Shown: positions 10,231 through 21,891, counted from the stretch's first letter. The stretch is DNA of 64,000 nucleotides from an uncultured Planctomycetota bacterium (GCA_963849325.1 CAWKHF010000012.1:96001-160000); one strand, 5' to 3'. The notes: generated from the sequence alone by a model not told the origin. Made by a program: numbers and translations.

Positions 10231-12125
10231 ATGTCACGTACACACACGATCGGTTTCGTGCCTCTGACGCTGCTCGCCATGGTGGCCGGCAGTTCGTCTT
10301 TCCGGCGGCCGCCGAGGGAAGCGGCGAACGCTACGCCCTGCTCATCGGCGTGCGGGCCTATGCGCCCCCGATCCGCAGTCTCGATTACGCCGAGAACGAT
10401 GTCAACGACCTGGCCCGCGCCTTGGAGCTGGGCGGCTATCCCAAGGAGAACATCTGCATTCTGACCGGCGAACGGGGAGCCCGCGACAATTACAACCACT
10501 CTCCCAACTCCAAGAACATCCGCCGCGAGCTGGAGCACCTGGCGCGACAGTGCGACCGCGGCGACCACGTCCTCCTCGCCTTCGCCGGTCACGGCGTGCA
10601 GTACCACGGCGAAGAGACGATGTACTTCTGTCCCGCCGACGCGGACCTGAAAAATCGCCAGACGCTGATCGCCGTCGAGGACGTGTACAAGACACTCGAA
10701 GGCTGCAAGGCCGACCTCAAGGTGCTGCTCATGGACGCCTGCCGCAACGACCCGCTCAACCAGCTGGACCGCGGGCCGCTGGACGAGTTCGAGTCGGTCA
10801 CGCGCCCTCCCAAGGCGCCGCCGCCGGGCGGGGTCGTCGCCCTGTTCAGCTGCTCGGCGACCCAAGAAGCGATGGAGGACCGCGAGCTGCGTCATGGCGT
10901 CTTCTTCCATTACGTGATCGAGGCGCTGACCGGCGCCGCCGGTCTGGGCGACGCCCCGGACGAGGTGACGCTGCCGCAGCTGGAGTATTACGTCAAGAAG
11001 CGGGTCAAGGCCCGGGTATGGAGTCGCTACAAGAAGAACCAGGAGCCGGAGCTGAAGACGCGCGGCGTCGTCGGTCTGGCTCCGCTGGTCAAGCTGGACA
11101 TCGCGCGGCGGGAGGTGAAGTCTCTCCGCGACGCCCTCGCCAAGCGCCTGAAAGGGGACTACGACGGCGCTAACCGGGAGATGAGCCGCGTTGTCTCCCT
11201 CCAGCCGGACAGCGCCGAGGTCCATCTGCAGCAGGGCCGACTGCTCTACGACAACGACAAGTATGCCGAGGCCATCGTCGCCTACAACAAGGCACTGGAG
11301 TTGGAGCCGCGCAATGTGCTGGCCCTGACCGACCGCGGCGAAGCACGCTTCCTCAACGGCGACGCGGAGGGGGCGCTGGCGGATTACAACGCGGCGGTCG
11401 ATGTCGATCCCAAGTACGAGCTGGTCTATCTGCGGGCCGGCGTGGTGCGGCACAACCAAAAGGACTACGATCGCGCCCTGGCCAACTACACGAAGGCCAT
11501 CGACCTCGATCCGCGCGACGCCCGGGCCTGGTATTTCCGCGGCCTCGTCAAGGAGGAGCAAGAGGACTACAGCGGCGCCCTGAAGGATTACGACAAGGCC
11601 CGACAGATCAACCCACGGAAAAACGAGTATCGCACGCGCCTGGCGTTGATGCAGCAACAGCTGAGCAACCCGAGCGCGGCCATCGATAACTTGAACAAGG
11701 CGGCGCTGGTGGATCCGAGCGACGAGAATGCCTTCTTCTATCGCGGCTATGTCTATGCTCAACAGGGCAATTACGACATGGCCATCCAGGATTACTCGCG
11801 GGTGTTGCGGATCAACCCCGGCGCGGATTACGCCCACTATTATCGGGGCAGCGCCTACAACAATCGCGGCGATTCCGCTCGGGCCAATGCCGACTGGGGT
11901 CGTGTCCAGCGCGGCAGCCAGTTCTACGACTCGGCCCGTCATGCCCAGGGCGGCGGCGGTTTCCGCGACTTCAACCAGCGGGGGGGTCGTGGTGGCGGCT
12001 ACGGTCCCGGCGGCGGAGGCTACGGACCCGGCGGAGGCTTCGGTCGCGGCGGCGGCTACGGACCCGGCGGAGGCTTTGGTCCCGGCGGCGGTGGTGGCGG
12101 CGGTGGAGGCAGGCGGGGGCGTTAA
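10231..12125 (+). CDS. Caspase-family (C14) protein with TPR repeats and Gly-rich tail, probably secreted; frameshift near 10300
   Basis: RYALLIGV, FAGHG, MDACRND, HGVFFHYVIEAL; multiple TPRs (AIVAYNKALELEP, ALANYTKAIDLDP); GGYGPGG tail. Confidence 0.88.
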
Positions 12126-12150
12126 GGGCTTCGTGCCAGGGCATCTTTCG

Positions 12151-12202
12151 GAGCCTGAAGCGTAAGCGAAGAGATTCATCTCTTCGCTTACGCTTCAGGC
12201 TC
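12151..12202. repeat. REP-like palindrome family B (GAGCCTGAAGCGTAAGCGAAGAG)
   Basis: Inverted arms; copies at 36999-37071 and 41750-41798. Confidence 0.85.
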
Positions 12203-12224
12203 GGACAGGAGAAAGGAAACCGCC

Positions 12225-13388
12225 GTGTTCGTCCACGCTCTCCCTCGCGCCTACGGACGATACATCGCGGTAGTCGTGCTGCTGGCCGCCCTTGTCGCCG
12301 CCGAGCCGGCCAGTCCGTCGGCGAACGTCCGCCTGGAGATGGACGCGCTGGCCGAGAAGATCGCCGATTTCGTCAAGGAAGAGGGCGGAGACGCCGTCGC
12401 GCTCGGCTCGTTCGCCAACCGCTCGAAGGTGCCCTCCAACGCCGGCCCTGGCCTGGCCCAGCAGTTGAGTGCCGCCCTGCAAAAGCAAGGCATCCAGATC
12501 AAGGACAGGGCGGCCCGGCAGGTCGGCGGCGAGTATTTCACCGACGTGGACCCGAAGGAAAACCGGCAGGCGGTGTTTGTCTCGGCCATCATCCGCGACG
12601 ACCAAAAGAACGAGGTCCAGCGTTTCGGCCGCAAGATTTTCGGCGCCCGCGCGGTCGTCTCCCTGATGGCCCTGACCGTGGACGATCTGCCGCCGGATGA
12701 GAAAGAACAGGACGCCAAGGTCCGCCTGGCCGTGCGCCGACCGCGCGACTACAGCCAGGGGGCGCGCCTCTGGGCCAGCAAGGATAGTCCCTATGCCATC
12801 GAGGTCCTCGTCCAGAAAGGCGACGACTATGTGCCGCGGGCGCTGGAGGACCGAGACGGACGGGCCTTCGTCCCGCTGCAAAAGGGCGAGCGCTATGCGA
12901 TCCGGCTCCATAACCAGTCGGAACACGACACGGCCGTGACGCTGAGCATCGATGGCCTGAGTTTGTTCGCCTTCAAGGACGAGGAGGCGACCTATTCGCA
13001 CGTGCTGGTCCCGGCGGGCAAGAGCGGAGTCATCAAGGGCTGGTATCGCACGCGGGATCGGGCCGACGCCTTCACGATCACGGACTACGCCCAGTCGGCG
13101 GCGGCGCGGTCGCTGAAGGACGAGTCGGCCGTGGGAGCGATCACGGCCACGTTCGCCGTGGCCTGGAAGGAATCGCAGCCGGCGCCGGACGGCGAGAACT
13201 CGCGGGCGGCGGACATCGGCACCGGCCGCGGACCCAACGTCGAGGCGAACTATCAGCCCCAACAGCGCCACTTCGGCCGGACGCGCACCTCCATCAGCGT
13301 GCGCGTATGCGCGCTGAGCGATATTCCTCTGGACCGAGGCCGAGTCTCGCGCTATGCTGAAGGAGTTAGCTCCCGCCCGGATCGGTAA
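12225..13388 (+). CDS. Exported hypothetical protein (alpha/beta N-domain plus beta-rich C-domain)
   Basis: RBS AGAAAGGA, signal peptide, GERYAIRLHN...VTLSIDG...IKGWYRT pattern. Confidence 0.75.
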   Translation: MFVHALPRAYGRYIAVVVLLAALVAAEPASPSANVRLEMDALAEKIADFVKEEGGDAVALGSFANRSKVPSNAGPGLAQQLSAALQKQGIQIKDRAARQVGGEYFTDVDPKENRQAVFVSAIIRDDQKNEVQRFGRKIFGARAVVSLMALTVDDLPPDEKEQDAKVRLAVRRPRDYSQGARLWASKDSPYAIEVLVQKGDDYVPRALEDRDGRAFVPLQKGERYAIRLHNQSEHDTAVTLSIDGLSLFAFKDEEATYSHVLVPAGKSGVIKGWYRTRDRADAFTITDYAQSAAARSLKDESAVGAITATFAVAWKESQPAPDGENSRAADIGTGRGPNVEANYQPQQRHFGRTRTSISVRVCALSDIPLDRGRVSRYAEGVSSRPDR

Positions 13389-13405
13389 CGCACAAAGGGG
13401 TGTGA

Positions 13406-14409
13406 ATGTCCTCGCAATGTCGCGGCGGATGGGTCTTCGCGGTCCTCGTCTTCCTTTCGGTCCCCTCGCTTTACGGTCAAACTTCTCGTCCCTCGTCTCT
13501 GATCCCTCGTCCCTCGCGGGGCGAGGCCGACGAGCCGCTCGTCTCGGTCTCTCACCTGCGCGAAACGGACGGCTGGAGCGTGGCGGAGACGGCCAATTTC
13601 CGCCTGTACCATCAGCATTCGCGGACGCTGGCCGAGGCCTTGCTGCGGACGGCCGAGCGCACCGCGCCGCCCAGCAGCGCAAGTGGTTCGGCTCTGTCGG
13701 CGACGATTGGCAGCCGAAGTGCGCCATCTGTCTGTATCCCAGCGGCGAAGCCTACAGCGAGGCGACCGGCGCTCCCGCCAACCCCGGCGGCGGCCACACG
13801 GACGTTCGCGTGGACGATGGCCGGGTGCTCAGCCGCTACATCCACATCCACGGATCCCGCGACCTGGTACTGGACGGCGTCCTGCCGCATGAGGTGACGC
13901 ACGCCGTGCTGGCGGGGCGCCTGGGCGGCGAGCGCGTACCGCGCTGGGCCGATGAGGGCATGGCCGTCCTCGCCGAGCCGCGTCCGCGCATCGACCTGCA
14001 TCTGCGCCAGCTGCCGCGCTGGCGCGACGATGAACGGCTGTTCCACATGCGCGACCTGATCGGCTTGCGCGATTACCCGGAGCCGAGCGCCATCGGTCCC
14101 TTCTATGCGCAGAGCGTATCGCTGGTCGATTTCCTCACGCGCGAAAAGGGGGCCAAGTGCTTCGCCGCCTTCGTTCGTGACGGCGTGCGCGACGGCTACG
14201 CGGCGTCGCTGCAGCGGCATTACGGCTGGAGCTTCACCGAACTGGACCGCCGCTGGCAGCGCTACGCCTTCGCCGACGAGAACTCGGCCGAGACCACGAC
14301 GGTCGGCGGGGGGGATGACGCCAGGCGCTGCGAAAATCGCGCTAGAACAGCGCGGACAGCGGCTTGCCCTCGACCAGGGCATACGGGCGGTGTTGCTGGT
14401 CCTCGATGA
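13406..14409 (+). CDS. Secreted peptidase MA-like zinc metallopeptidase domain protein, frameshift near 13675; 3' end uncertain (G-run near 14310)
   Basis: Signal peptide, ETANFRLY, LPHEVTHAVL (HExxH), PRWADEGMAV, FYAQSVSLVDFL. Confidence 0.8.
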
Positions 14410-15682
14410 GCGTGTGCGGATCGATACCGAGCGCGGAATAGAGGGTGGCGAGGAGATCCTGCGGCGAAACCGGATCGGCGGTCGGGTAGGCGGCTCGGGC
14501 GTCGGAGCGGCCGTGGACCTGACCGCCGCGCAGGCCGCCGCCCGCCAGCATGACGCTGAAGCACTGCGGCCAGTGATCGCGGCCGCCGGCCTTGTTGAAC
14601 TTCGGCGTCCGCCCGAATTCGCCCACCACCAGCACCAACGTTTCTCCAAGCAAGCCCCGATCACTCAGATCTTCCAGCAGGGCGGCAATGGCCGCGTCGG
14701 TCGGCGGTAGCAACTCCGTCTTCGACCAGTCGAGATGATCGCGGTGACTGTCGTAGCCCTGCCCGCCCTGGCCGTTATCGTGCCGTACCCAGTTGACGTG
14801 GACCAGGCGCACGCCGGCCTCGACCAGACGGCGGGCCAGCAAGACGGATTGGCCGAAGATGTGCCGGCCATAGCGGTCGCGCGTGGCCGACGATTCGGCG
14901 GACACGTCGAAGGCGCGCTGGGCCTCGGCCGATGCCAGCAGATCGAAGGCGCGGGCCTCGTGAGCGTCGAGGGCGGCGGCCGCTTCGAGGCGTGCCAGCA
15001 AATGGCGGCGGTCTTGCAAACGTCGCGGTGACAGGTCCGGCTGCAGGCGCAGGGCGCCGGGCGAGTAGTTGGGATGGTTGGGGTCGCTGTTGACGCGGTA
15101 GGGATCGTAAGCGGCGCCGAGGAAACCGGCGTACTGGCCGGGCCGTTCCGGACCGACCGGCGAGATGGCCTCCGGCACCATCACGAACGGCGGCAGATGG
15201 CGCGGGCCGGGCCGCAGCTTGGCCAGCACCGAGCCGGGGTGCGGTCGATCTTCGCGGCTGAGGCTCACCGCCTGCGGCGCCGCTCGCCCCATCGGACTGC
15301 CGACCATCATCCAATACGACGCGGCGGGATGGTTCGCCGAAGCGTGGCTCATCGAGCGGACGAGGACGTAGCGGTCGGCCAGGCGAGCCATTCGCGGCAG
15401 ATGTTCGCTGATGCGGATGCCGGGCACGTTGGTGGCGATGGGCCGGAAGGTGCCGCGCACCTCCTCGGCGGCGTCGGGCTTGAGGTCCCAGGTATCGAGT
15501 TGCGACGGCCCGCCGGACAGGAACAGCAGGATGACCGAGCGCGCCTTGCCCGGCCGGCGCGAGTCGGCCGCCGCGGACGCTTGCAGCCGTAGGAGACGCG
15601 GCAACGACAGTCCACCCAGGCCGATGGCCCCGGCGTGCAAAATCTCGCGCCGCGTCCAGCCGCTCCCTGTGATGTGCCGCAT
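14342..15682 (-). CDS. DUF1501 domain protein (Tat-type RR leader)
   Basis: TRREILHAG, LFLSGGPSQLDTWDLKP, GEFGRTPKFN...GRDHWP. Confidence 0.9.
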   Translation of the reverse strand: MRHITGSGWTRREILHAGAIGLGGLSLPRLLRLQASAAADSRRPGKARSVILLFLSGGPSQLDTWDLKPDAAEEVRGTFRPIATNVPGIRISEHLPRMARLADRYVLVRSMSHASANHPAASYWMMVGSPMGRAAPQAVSLSREDRPHPGSVLAKLRPGPRHLPPFVMVPEAISPVGPERPGQYAGFLGAAYDPYRVNSDPNHPNYSPGALRLQPDLSPRRLQDRRHLLARLEAAAALDAHEARAFDLLASAEAQRAFDVSAESSATRDRYGRHIFGQSVLLARRLVEAGVRLVHVNWVRHDNGQGGQGYDSHRDHLDWSKTELLPPTDAAIAALLEDLSDRGLLGETLVLVVGEFGRTPKFNKAGGRDHWPQCFSVMLAGGGLRGGQVHGRSDARAAYPTADPVSPQDLLATLYSALGIDPHTLIEDQQHRPYALVEGKPLSALF

Positions 15683-15799
15683 GGGATTCCTCTCCCCGCT
15701 ACCGTTGGCCGGGTGGGATCGTACACCGCGCTGTCGGCAGCGATCGTCCCTGACCATCATGCTAATCCCCACCGCCGGCAGACGGCAAGGATTTTCCGT

Positions 15800-15975
15800 C
15801 GTCCCATCCGACGCTTGCCTCTAGCCGACGCTGTCTTCCGCCTCCTGGACTTTGCCCTGGCCGACGACTTCCTCCACGATGTTTTCAACCGCTACCGCGG
15901 ACGCTCCTACCAAGACACCCGATCCTTCCCTTGTCTGGTTCCGTTAATCGCCGATGCCGTGCTGGGCCAAGGCGG
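15800..15975 (+). pseudogene. Remnant of a transposase N-terminus (IS4-like, planctomycete type)
   Basis: Translation RLPLADAVFRLLDFALADDFLHDVFNRYRGRSYQDTRSFPCLVPLIADAVLGQGG resembles, from recall, the N-terminal domain of IS4-family transposases; it then stops with no DDE domain. Confidence 0.55.
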
Positions 15976-16056
15976 TCTCCATGAAATCCGTGACAACTAC
16001 AAAAAGGACAGTACCTAAAGATAGCCAGTGCGGTGGGCTTTAGCCCTCGGTCCTCC

Positions 16057-17583
16057 TCAGCGGCCGTTGCCCGTGTGGACCAGCATGTCGGACTCGCTCC
16101 GCAGTTCGTCGGAGAAATCGAACTTGAGCAGGGCCGAGATGATCTTGCCGGCCCAGCGGAAGATGTTGTTACCGGCCACCTCGGCACGCATGCGCTGCAT
16201 GCGCCGATGCCGCTCCTCGTCAGGCATCTCCAGTGCCTGACGAATCGCCTCGGCCATCTCCTCAATGGAGAAGGGGTTGATGAGCAGGGCGTCCTTCAGC
16301 TCGCGCACGGCCCCCGCGAAGCGGCTGAGGATCAGGACGCCGTCGTCGTCAAAGCGGCTGGCGACGAACTCCTTGGCGACGAGGTTCATGCCGTCGTGCA
16401 GCGACGGCACGATGCAGAAGTCCGCCAAGCGATGCAGGGCCATCATCTCCGGCTGCGAAAAGCTCCGCTTGAAATACTGGATTGGCCGCCACGTGTCCGT
16501 GCTCCACTTCCAGTTGATCTCCTCGACCAATCCGTCGATCTCGTCGTCGAGCACCTTGTAGGCTTTGACCTGGATGCGGCTGGGCACGCCGATCTGGATG
16601 AAGACCAGGCGCTCGCGATATTGAGGATTGATTTCGAGGAAGTGGTCCAGCGCCCGCAGGCGTTCGGGGATGCCCTTGGTGTAATCGATGCGGTCGATGC
16701 CGATGCCGACGCGCTCGTCGCCCAGGCCGGTCTGCTGCCGCCAGCGGTCCATCAAGCGATCCACCGTCTCACTGCGAGCCGTGGCCGTGTGGTGCTCGGA
16801 GTCAATGCTGATGGGAAAGGGCCGAACCGCCGTCGCCTTGCCGCCGCGGATGATCTCTCCATTTTCGTGATCGATCTTCGCCTCCAGGGCGCGTTCGATC
16901 AGGTCGAGGAAGTTATGACAGTGCGAACGCAGATGGAAACCAAGAAGATCGTTGCCCAGCAGGCCGTCGAGCAGCTCTTCCTTCCAGGGGAAGGTCGAGA
17001 AGGTCTCTTCATTAGGCCAAGGGATGTGCCAGAACTGGGCGACGATGAAATTGTTGCCGGCGTTCTTGAGCATGCGCGGCAGCAAGCCGAAGTGGTAGTC
17101 CTGGATGAAGACGAAGGTCGGTTCGCCGTTGGCCTCCTCGACCACCGCTTGCGCGAACAGCTCATTCACTTCCCGGTAGATGCGCCAGTGGTGCGGGTTG
17201 AAGATCGGCCGCGTGTAGGCAACGTGACACAACGGCCACAGTCCCTCGTTGGCCAGGCCGTAATAATAGCCGTTTTCCTGCTCTTTGCTCAGCCACAGAC
17301 GGCGAAGGGTGTAGGAAGGGTCGTCGGGCGGGACACGGATGCGGCCTCGCGCGTCGGCGGTCTTACGGTCGGCGTCGCCGCTGCCCTGGGCGATCCACAC
17401 GCCGCCGCAGGCCCGCATGATCGGATCGAGGGCCGACACCATGCCGCTGGCCGGCGCCACGCATTCAATGCGGCGGGCCTCGGTGTAGCGATGCACGTAC
17501 GGCTCGCGGTTGGCGACGACGATGAATTGATAATCGCGGAGCCGCGTCCCGATCAGCTGATGCAGGGCTTCCTGGGTCCACAT
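16057..17583 (-). CDS. otsA: Trehalose-6-phosphate synthase (GT20)
   Basis: VVANREP, YYYGLANEGLWPLCH, IQDYHF, FWHIPWP, IDRIDYTKGIPERL, DGMNLVAKEF. Confidence 0.92.
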   Translation of the reverse strand: MWTQEALHQLIGTRLRDYQFIVVANREPYVHRYTEARRIECVAPASGMVSALDPIMRACGGVWIAQGSGDADRKTADARGRIRVPPDDPSYTLRRLWLSKEQENGYYYGLANEGLWPLCHVAYTRPIFNPHHWRIYREVNELFAQAVVEEANGEPTFVFIQDYHFGLLPRMLKNAGNNFIVAQFWHIPWPNEETFSTFPWKEELLDGLLGNDLLGFHLRSHCHNFLDLIERALEAKIDHENGEIIRGGKATAVRPFPISIDSEHHTATARSETVDRLMDRWRQQTGLGDERVGIGIDRIDYTKGIPERLRALDHFLEINPQYRERLVFIQIGVPSRIQVKAYKVLDDEIDGLVEEINWKWSTDTWRPIQYFKRSFSQPEMMALHRLADFCIVPSLHDGMNLVAKEFVASRFDDDGVLILSRFAGAVRELKDALLINPFSIEEMAEAIRQALEMPDEERHRRMQRMRAEVAGNNIFRWAGKIISALLKFDFSDELRSESDMLVHTGNGR

Positions 17584-17645
17584 GAAGCTGCTCCCGGGTA
17601 GGGAGACCGGGAGGCTTCACGCCCGCCGGCCCGTGCGGAGTTCGC

Positions 17646-18089
17646 TCACGAGCGCACCGTTTCCTGGCGCAGCTCACCGCTCGAGGGCCGCTGCGTGCGG
17701 GCGGTACTCGGGCGCGGAGTTGGGGGAAAAACGCACACGCGAAACGCCGTATGTTCGCCCAGCTGAAGCTCGTCGCCGTCGGTCAGCATTACCGCAGGCG
17801 GGACCTTCCCTCCCGCCGACGGGGACACCTCGTGCCGGGTCCGCTGGCCGATCTTTCGGCCGTTGACGTAGGTGCCGTTGAGACTGCCGAGATCGCGCAC
17901 CAGGATGGCCGGCGGCGCGATCTCGACCTGGCAATGGTGACGGGAAATGTCCAGGTGCTCCGTCTCCAGGGGCAGGCAGATCGTGCAGTCGCGCGAGCGG
18001 CCGATCGTTTGCGCCGTCGCTTCCGTGAAGACGTATTTTTGTCCCGCTAACGGCCCCCGGGTAACGATGAGGGTGACATTGGGAACCAT
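17646..18089 (-). CDS. FHA domain protein
   Basis: IGRSRDC, ISRHHC, DLGSLNGTYVNG, LTDGDELQLG. Confidence 0.9.
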   Translation of the reverse strand: MVPNVTLIVTRGPLAGQKYVFTEATAQTIGRSRDCTICLPLETEHLDISRHHCQVEIAPPAILVRDLGSLNGTYVNGRKIGQRTRHEVSPSAGGKVPPAVMLTDGDELQLGEHTAFRVCVFPPTPRPSTARTQRPSSGELRQETVRS

Positions 18090-18341
18090 GATCGCCTCCA
18101 AATGGTACGTCGCCGATCGCCGCCTCAAGACGAGAGGTGGTGCGAACGGTGTGCCAATCCCCGCCAGCGGTGGCGGGGAATCGTGCATCCCGGCCTCGCG
18201 GAGCGAAAGCCGCCGCGAGAGTGCCAATCCTCAGCGACGCGGAAATGCGATCCTTGGAGGGCTGCGTTGCCCGAGAGGGCGGAGAATGGAGCGAAAGACG
18301 AGCATTGTTTGGTGGAGGGAGTTACGCCACCAGAACCGCCT

Positions 18342-21300
18342 TCATGGTACTGTCTCGTTGGGCGCGTTGTCAATCCCCCAAACGCCATCCGTCGAAATCT
18401 CGTGCGGCGGAGCCAACGTCTCTCGACCGTGGTGGATCGGCGCCGCGTGCTCGACCGCTCGCCAATCTTCCTCGTCCTCGATCACGGGCACTGGGGAGAG
18501 ACGCCGATCCTTGAAACACTGGATGACGTAGTAGAACACCGGCGTCAGGAAGATGCCGAACAGCGTCACGCCCAGCATGCCGGCGAACACCGCCGTGCCC
18601 AGCGTCCGCCGCATCTCGGCCCCGGCGCCCTCGGACAGCATCAGCGGCACCACGCCGAGGATGAAGGCGAACGAGGTCATGATGATCGGCCGCAGACGCA
18701 GCTGGCAGGCGGCCAGCGTCGCCTCGCTGCGCGACATGCCCTCCTCGCGCTGCGCCTTGGCAAACTCGACGATGAGGATGGCGTTCTTGCACGCCAGGCC
18801 GACCAGCACCAGGAAGCCGATCTGCGTGAAGATGTTGATGTCCATCTGCGCCATGACGACGCCGGCGATGGCGCACAGCAGGCACATCGGCACGACCAGG
18901 ATGACGGCCAGCGGCAGCGACCAGCTCTCGTACTGCGCCGCCAGCACCAGGAACACCAGCACCACCGCCAGCAGGAACACCCACATGGCGGTGTTGCCGG
19001 TCTGCAACTGCAACAGGGCCAGCTCGGTCCACTCGGTTCGCATCGTCTGCGGCAGCTGCTCCTCGGGCCGCCGTCCTCCAGGCGCTCGATGGCCTGGCCG
19101 GAGCTGGTGTCCGGCCCGGCGTCGGCGTGGACGGCGCGCGGAGGGATACATGTTGTAGCGCATCACCATCACCGGCCCGCTCACGAAGCGCACCGTGGCG
19201 AAGTCCGCCAGCGGCACCATCTCGTTCTGGCCGTTGCGCACCTTCAACTGCTTGATGTCCTCGACCGTCTGCCGGAAGGTGTCGCGGGCCTGGACGTTGA
19301 CCTGCCAGGTGCGGCCGAAGCGGTTGAAGTCGTTGATGTAGTACGGCCCGAGGGTGGACTCCAGGGTCGTGCGGATGTCGTCGATGGACACGCCGCGGTC
19401 CTTGGCCTGGGTGCGGTCGATGATCAGCTCCAGCCAGGGCGTGTCGGCGCGGAAGCTGGTGAACACGCCTTGCAGGTGGGGATCGGCTTCGCCGGCGGCG
19501 ACGACCTTGTCGGCGATCTGCTGCAAGGACGCCAGGCCGTTGTCGCCGGTGTCCTGCACGATGATCTTGAAGCCGCCCGCCGTGCCCAGGCCCTCGACCG
19601 GCGGCGCCCCGAAGATGTTCACGATGGCCTGCGGCACCTCCTTCGCCAACCGTTCCTGCAGCGCGGCGGCGATGGCGTCGCTGGACAGTTCCGGCCGGGT
19701 GCGGTTGTCGAACTCGTCGAGCATCAGGTACAGGGCGCCGAAGTTGGAGGCGTTGGCGTTGAGCAGGATCGACTGCCCCGAGATGGCGACGGTGTGCTTG
19801 ACGCCCGCGGTCTGGAGGGCGATCTCCTCGATCCGCTGGACGACGTTGCGCGTGCGCGTCACCGAGGCGGCGTCGGGCAGCTGCACGTTGACCAGCAGAT
19901 AGCCCTTGTCCTGCTGCGGGATGAAGCCGGTCGGCGTCTGCGTGAAGCCCCACCAGGTCAGCCCCAACAGTCCGCCGTAGACCAGCAGCACCACCAGGCT
20001 GACACGCAACAGTCCCGACACCGCCGCGTGTAGGCGGTGGTCGAGAGGTCGAAGGCGCGGTTGAACGCGGAACGACCAGCCGAGCAGGAAGTTGAGCGGC
20101 CGGCCCAGGGCCAGCCCCACTAGCAGCCCCGCCAGCGCTCCGGACCCAATCGGCCCCCACACGCGCAGCGAGTCCAGCGACCGACGGCGGCGCCTGGATG
20201 TTCAGGGCGTCCAGGACGTGTACTCCCCAGTGATGGCCGAGCTTGTGCCCCAGCCAGGCCCCCAGCGGCACGAAGGCGAACCACGGCAGCGCCTCGAAGT
20301 GCCCCTTGACGCGCCGCCTCAGCAGCAGGGCCGACAGCGCCGGGCTGAGGGTCAGCGAGTTGAAGGCCGAGATGACCGTCGAGACGGCGATGGTCAGGGC
20401 GAACTGGCGGAAGAACTGGCCGGTGATGCCGCTGATGAACGCACACGGCACGAACACCGCCGACAGCACCAGGCCGATCGCCACCACCGGGCCGGACACC
20501 TGCTCCATCGCCTTGATAGTGGCGTCGCGCGGAGCCAGGCCGTGCTCGATGTGGTGCTCGACGGCCTCGACGACGACGATGGCGTCATCCACGACGATGC
20601 CGATGGCCAGCACCAGGCCGAACAGCGTCAGGTTGTTCAGGCTGAAGCCCATGGCGGCCATGACCGCGAAGGTGCCGATGACGGCCACCGGCACGGCGAC
20701 GAGCGGGATCAGCGACGACCGCCAGTTCTGCAGGAACACCAGCACGACGACGGCCACGAGGACGATGGCGTCGAACAGCGTCTCGAAGACCTCGGTGATC
20801 GACTCGTTGATGAACGGCGTGGTGTCGTAGACGATGGCGTAGTCGATGCCCGGCGGGAAGCTGCCGCTTGAGCTGCTTCATCCGCTCCTTGACGCGCTTG
20901 GCCACGTCCAGGGCGTTGGAGCCGGGCAGCTGGTAGACCGACAGGGCCACCGACGGCTTGCCGTCGAGCGTGCAGGTCTGGTCGTAGGACTGGGCGCCCA
21001 GCTCGATGTTGGCCACGTCCTGCAGGTAGACGAGCGAGCTGCCGTTGTTCTTGAGGACGATGTTGGCGAACTGCTCGGTGTTCTCCAGCCGGCCGAGCGT
21101 GGTGATGATGTACTGCGACACCTGGCCGTTGGGCGTCGGCGGCTGGCCGATCTGGCCGGCCGCCACCTGGATGTTCTGGGCCTGCACGGCGGCGATCACG
21201 TCCTGGGCGTTGAGGTTGTAGGTCGCCAGCTTCTGCGGGTCGAGCCAGATGCCGCATGCTGTAGTCGCGCTGGCCGAGGTAGGTGATGTCGCCGACGCCC

Positions 21301-21812
21301 GGCAGGCGCGACAGCTCGTCGCGGATCTGGATGGTGGCGTAGTTGCTCAGGTCGAGGCTGTTGCGGCTGCCGTCCTTGGAGAACAGGTTGACGATCATGA
21401 GGACGTTGGGCGACTTCTTCTTGACCGAGATGCCGCGGCGCTTGACCAGGTCGGGCAGGATCGGCTCGGCGAGCGACTCGCGGTTCTGCACCAGCACCTG
21501 CGAGATGTTCAGGTCGGTGCCGGGCTTGAAGGTGACGGTGAGCGTGTAGTTGCCGTCGTTGGTGCATTGCGACGACATGTACATCATGCCCTCGACGCCG
21601 TTGACCTGCTGCTCGATGGGGGCGGCCACGGTGTCGGCGACGACCTGGGCGTTGGCGCCGGGGTAGTAGGCCGACACCTCGACCGTCGGCGGCGCGATCT
21701 CCGGGTACTGGGCCACCGGCAGCGTGAACAGCGCGATGGTGCCGCCCAGCACGATGACGATGGACAGCACCGAGGCGAAGATCGGCCGGTTGATGAAGAA
21801 GCGAGAAAACAC
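18342..21812 (-). CDS. RND efflux permease (AcrB/MexF-like) 2, multiple frameshifts
   Basis: [55 protein letters not shown]. Confidence 0.9.
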
Positions 21813-21838
21813 GTGGGTGCCTCAAAAGCCAGCTATTC

Positions 21839-21891
21839 GTTTAGCCGCGACGCGCAGCGGAGCGCGCACTCGCTGCGCGTCGCGGCTAAAC
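21839..21891. repeat. REP-like palindrome family A (GTTTAGCCGCGACGCGCAGCGGAGCG)
   Basis: Inverted arms; other copies at 25324-25380, 29809-29868, 34055-34119 and 49076-49140. Confidence 0.9.

Noticed and set aside
9909..12179. 756-aa minus-strand ORF and similar long antisense ORFs (e.g. 16033..17601, 18102..20033)
   Set aside because: These are shadow frames of recognisable genes on the opposite strand, typical of high-GC DNA.
18090..18340. Riboswitch in the FHA gene leader
   Set aside because: Only generic GC-rich hairpins; no recognisable aptamer consensus.
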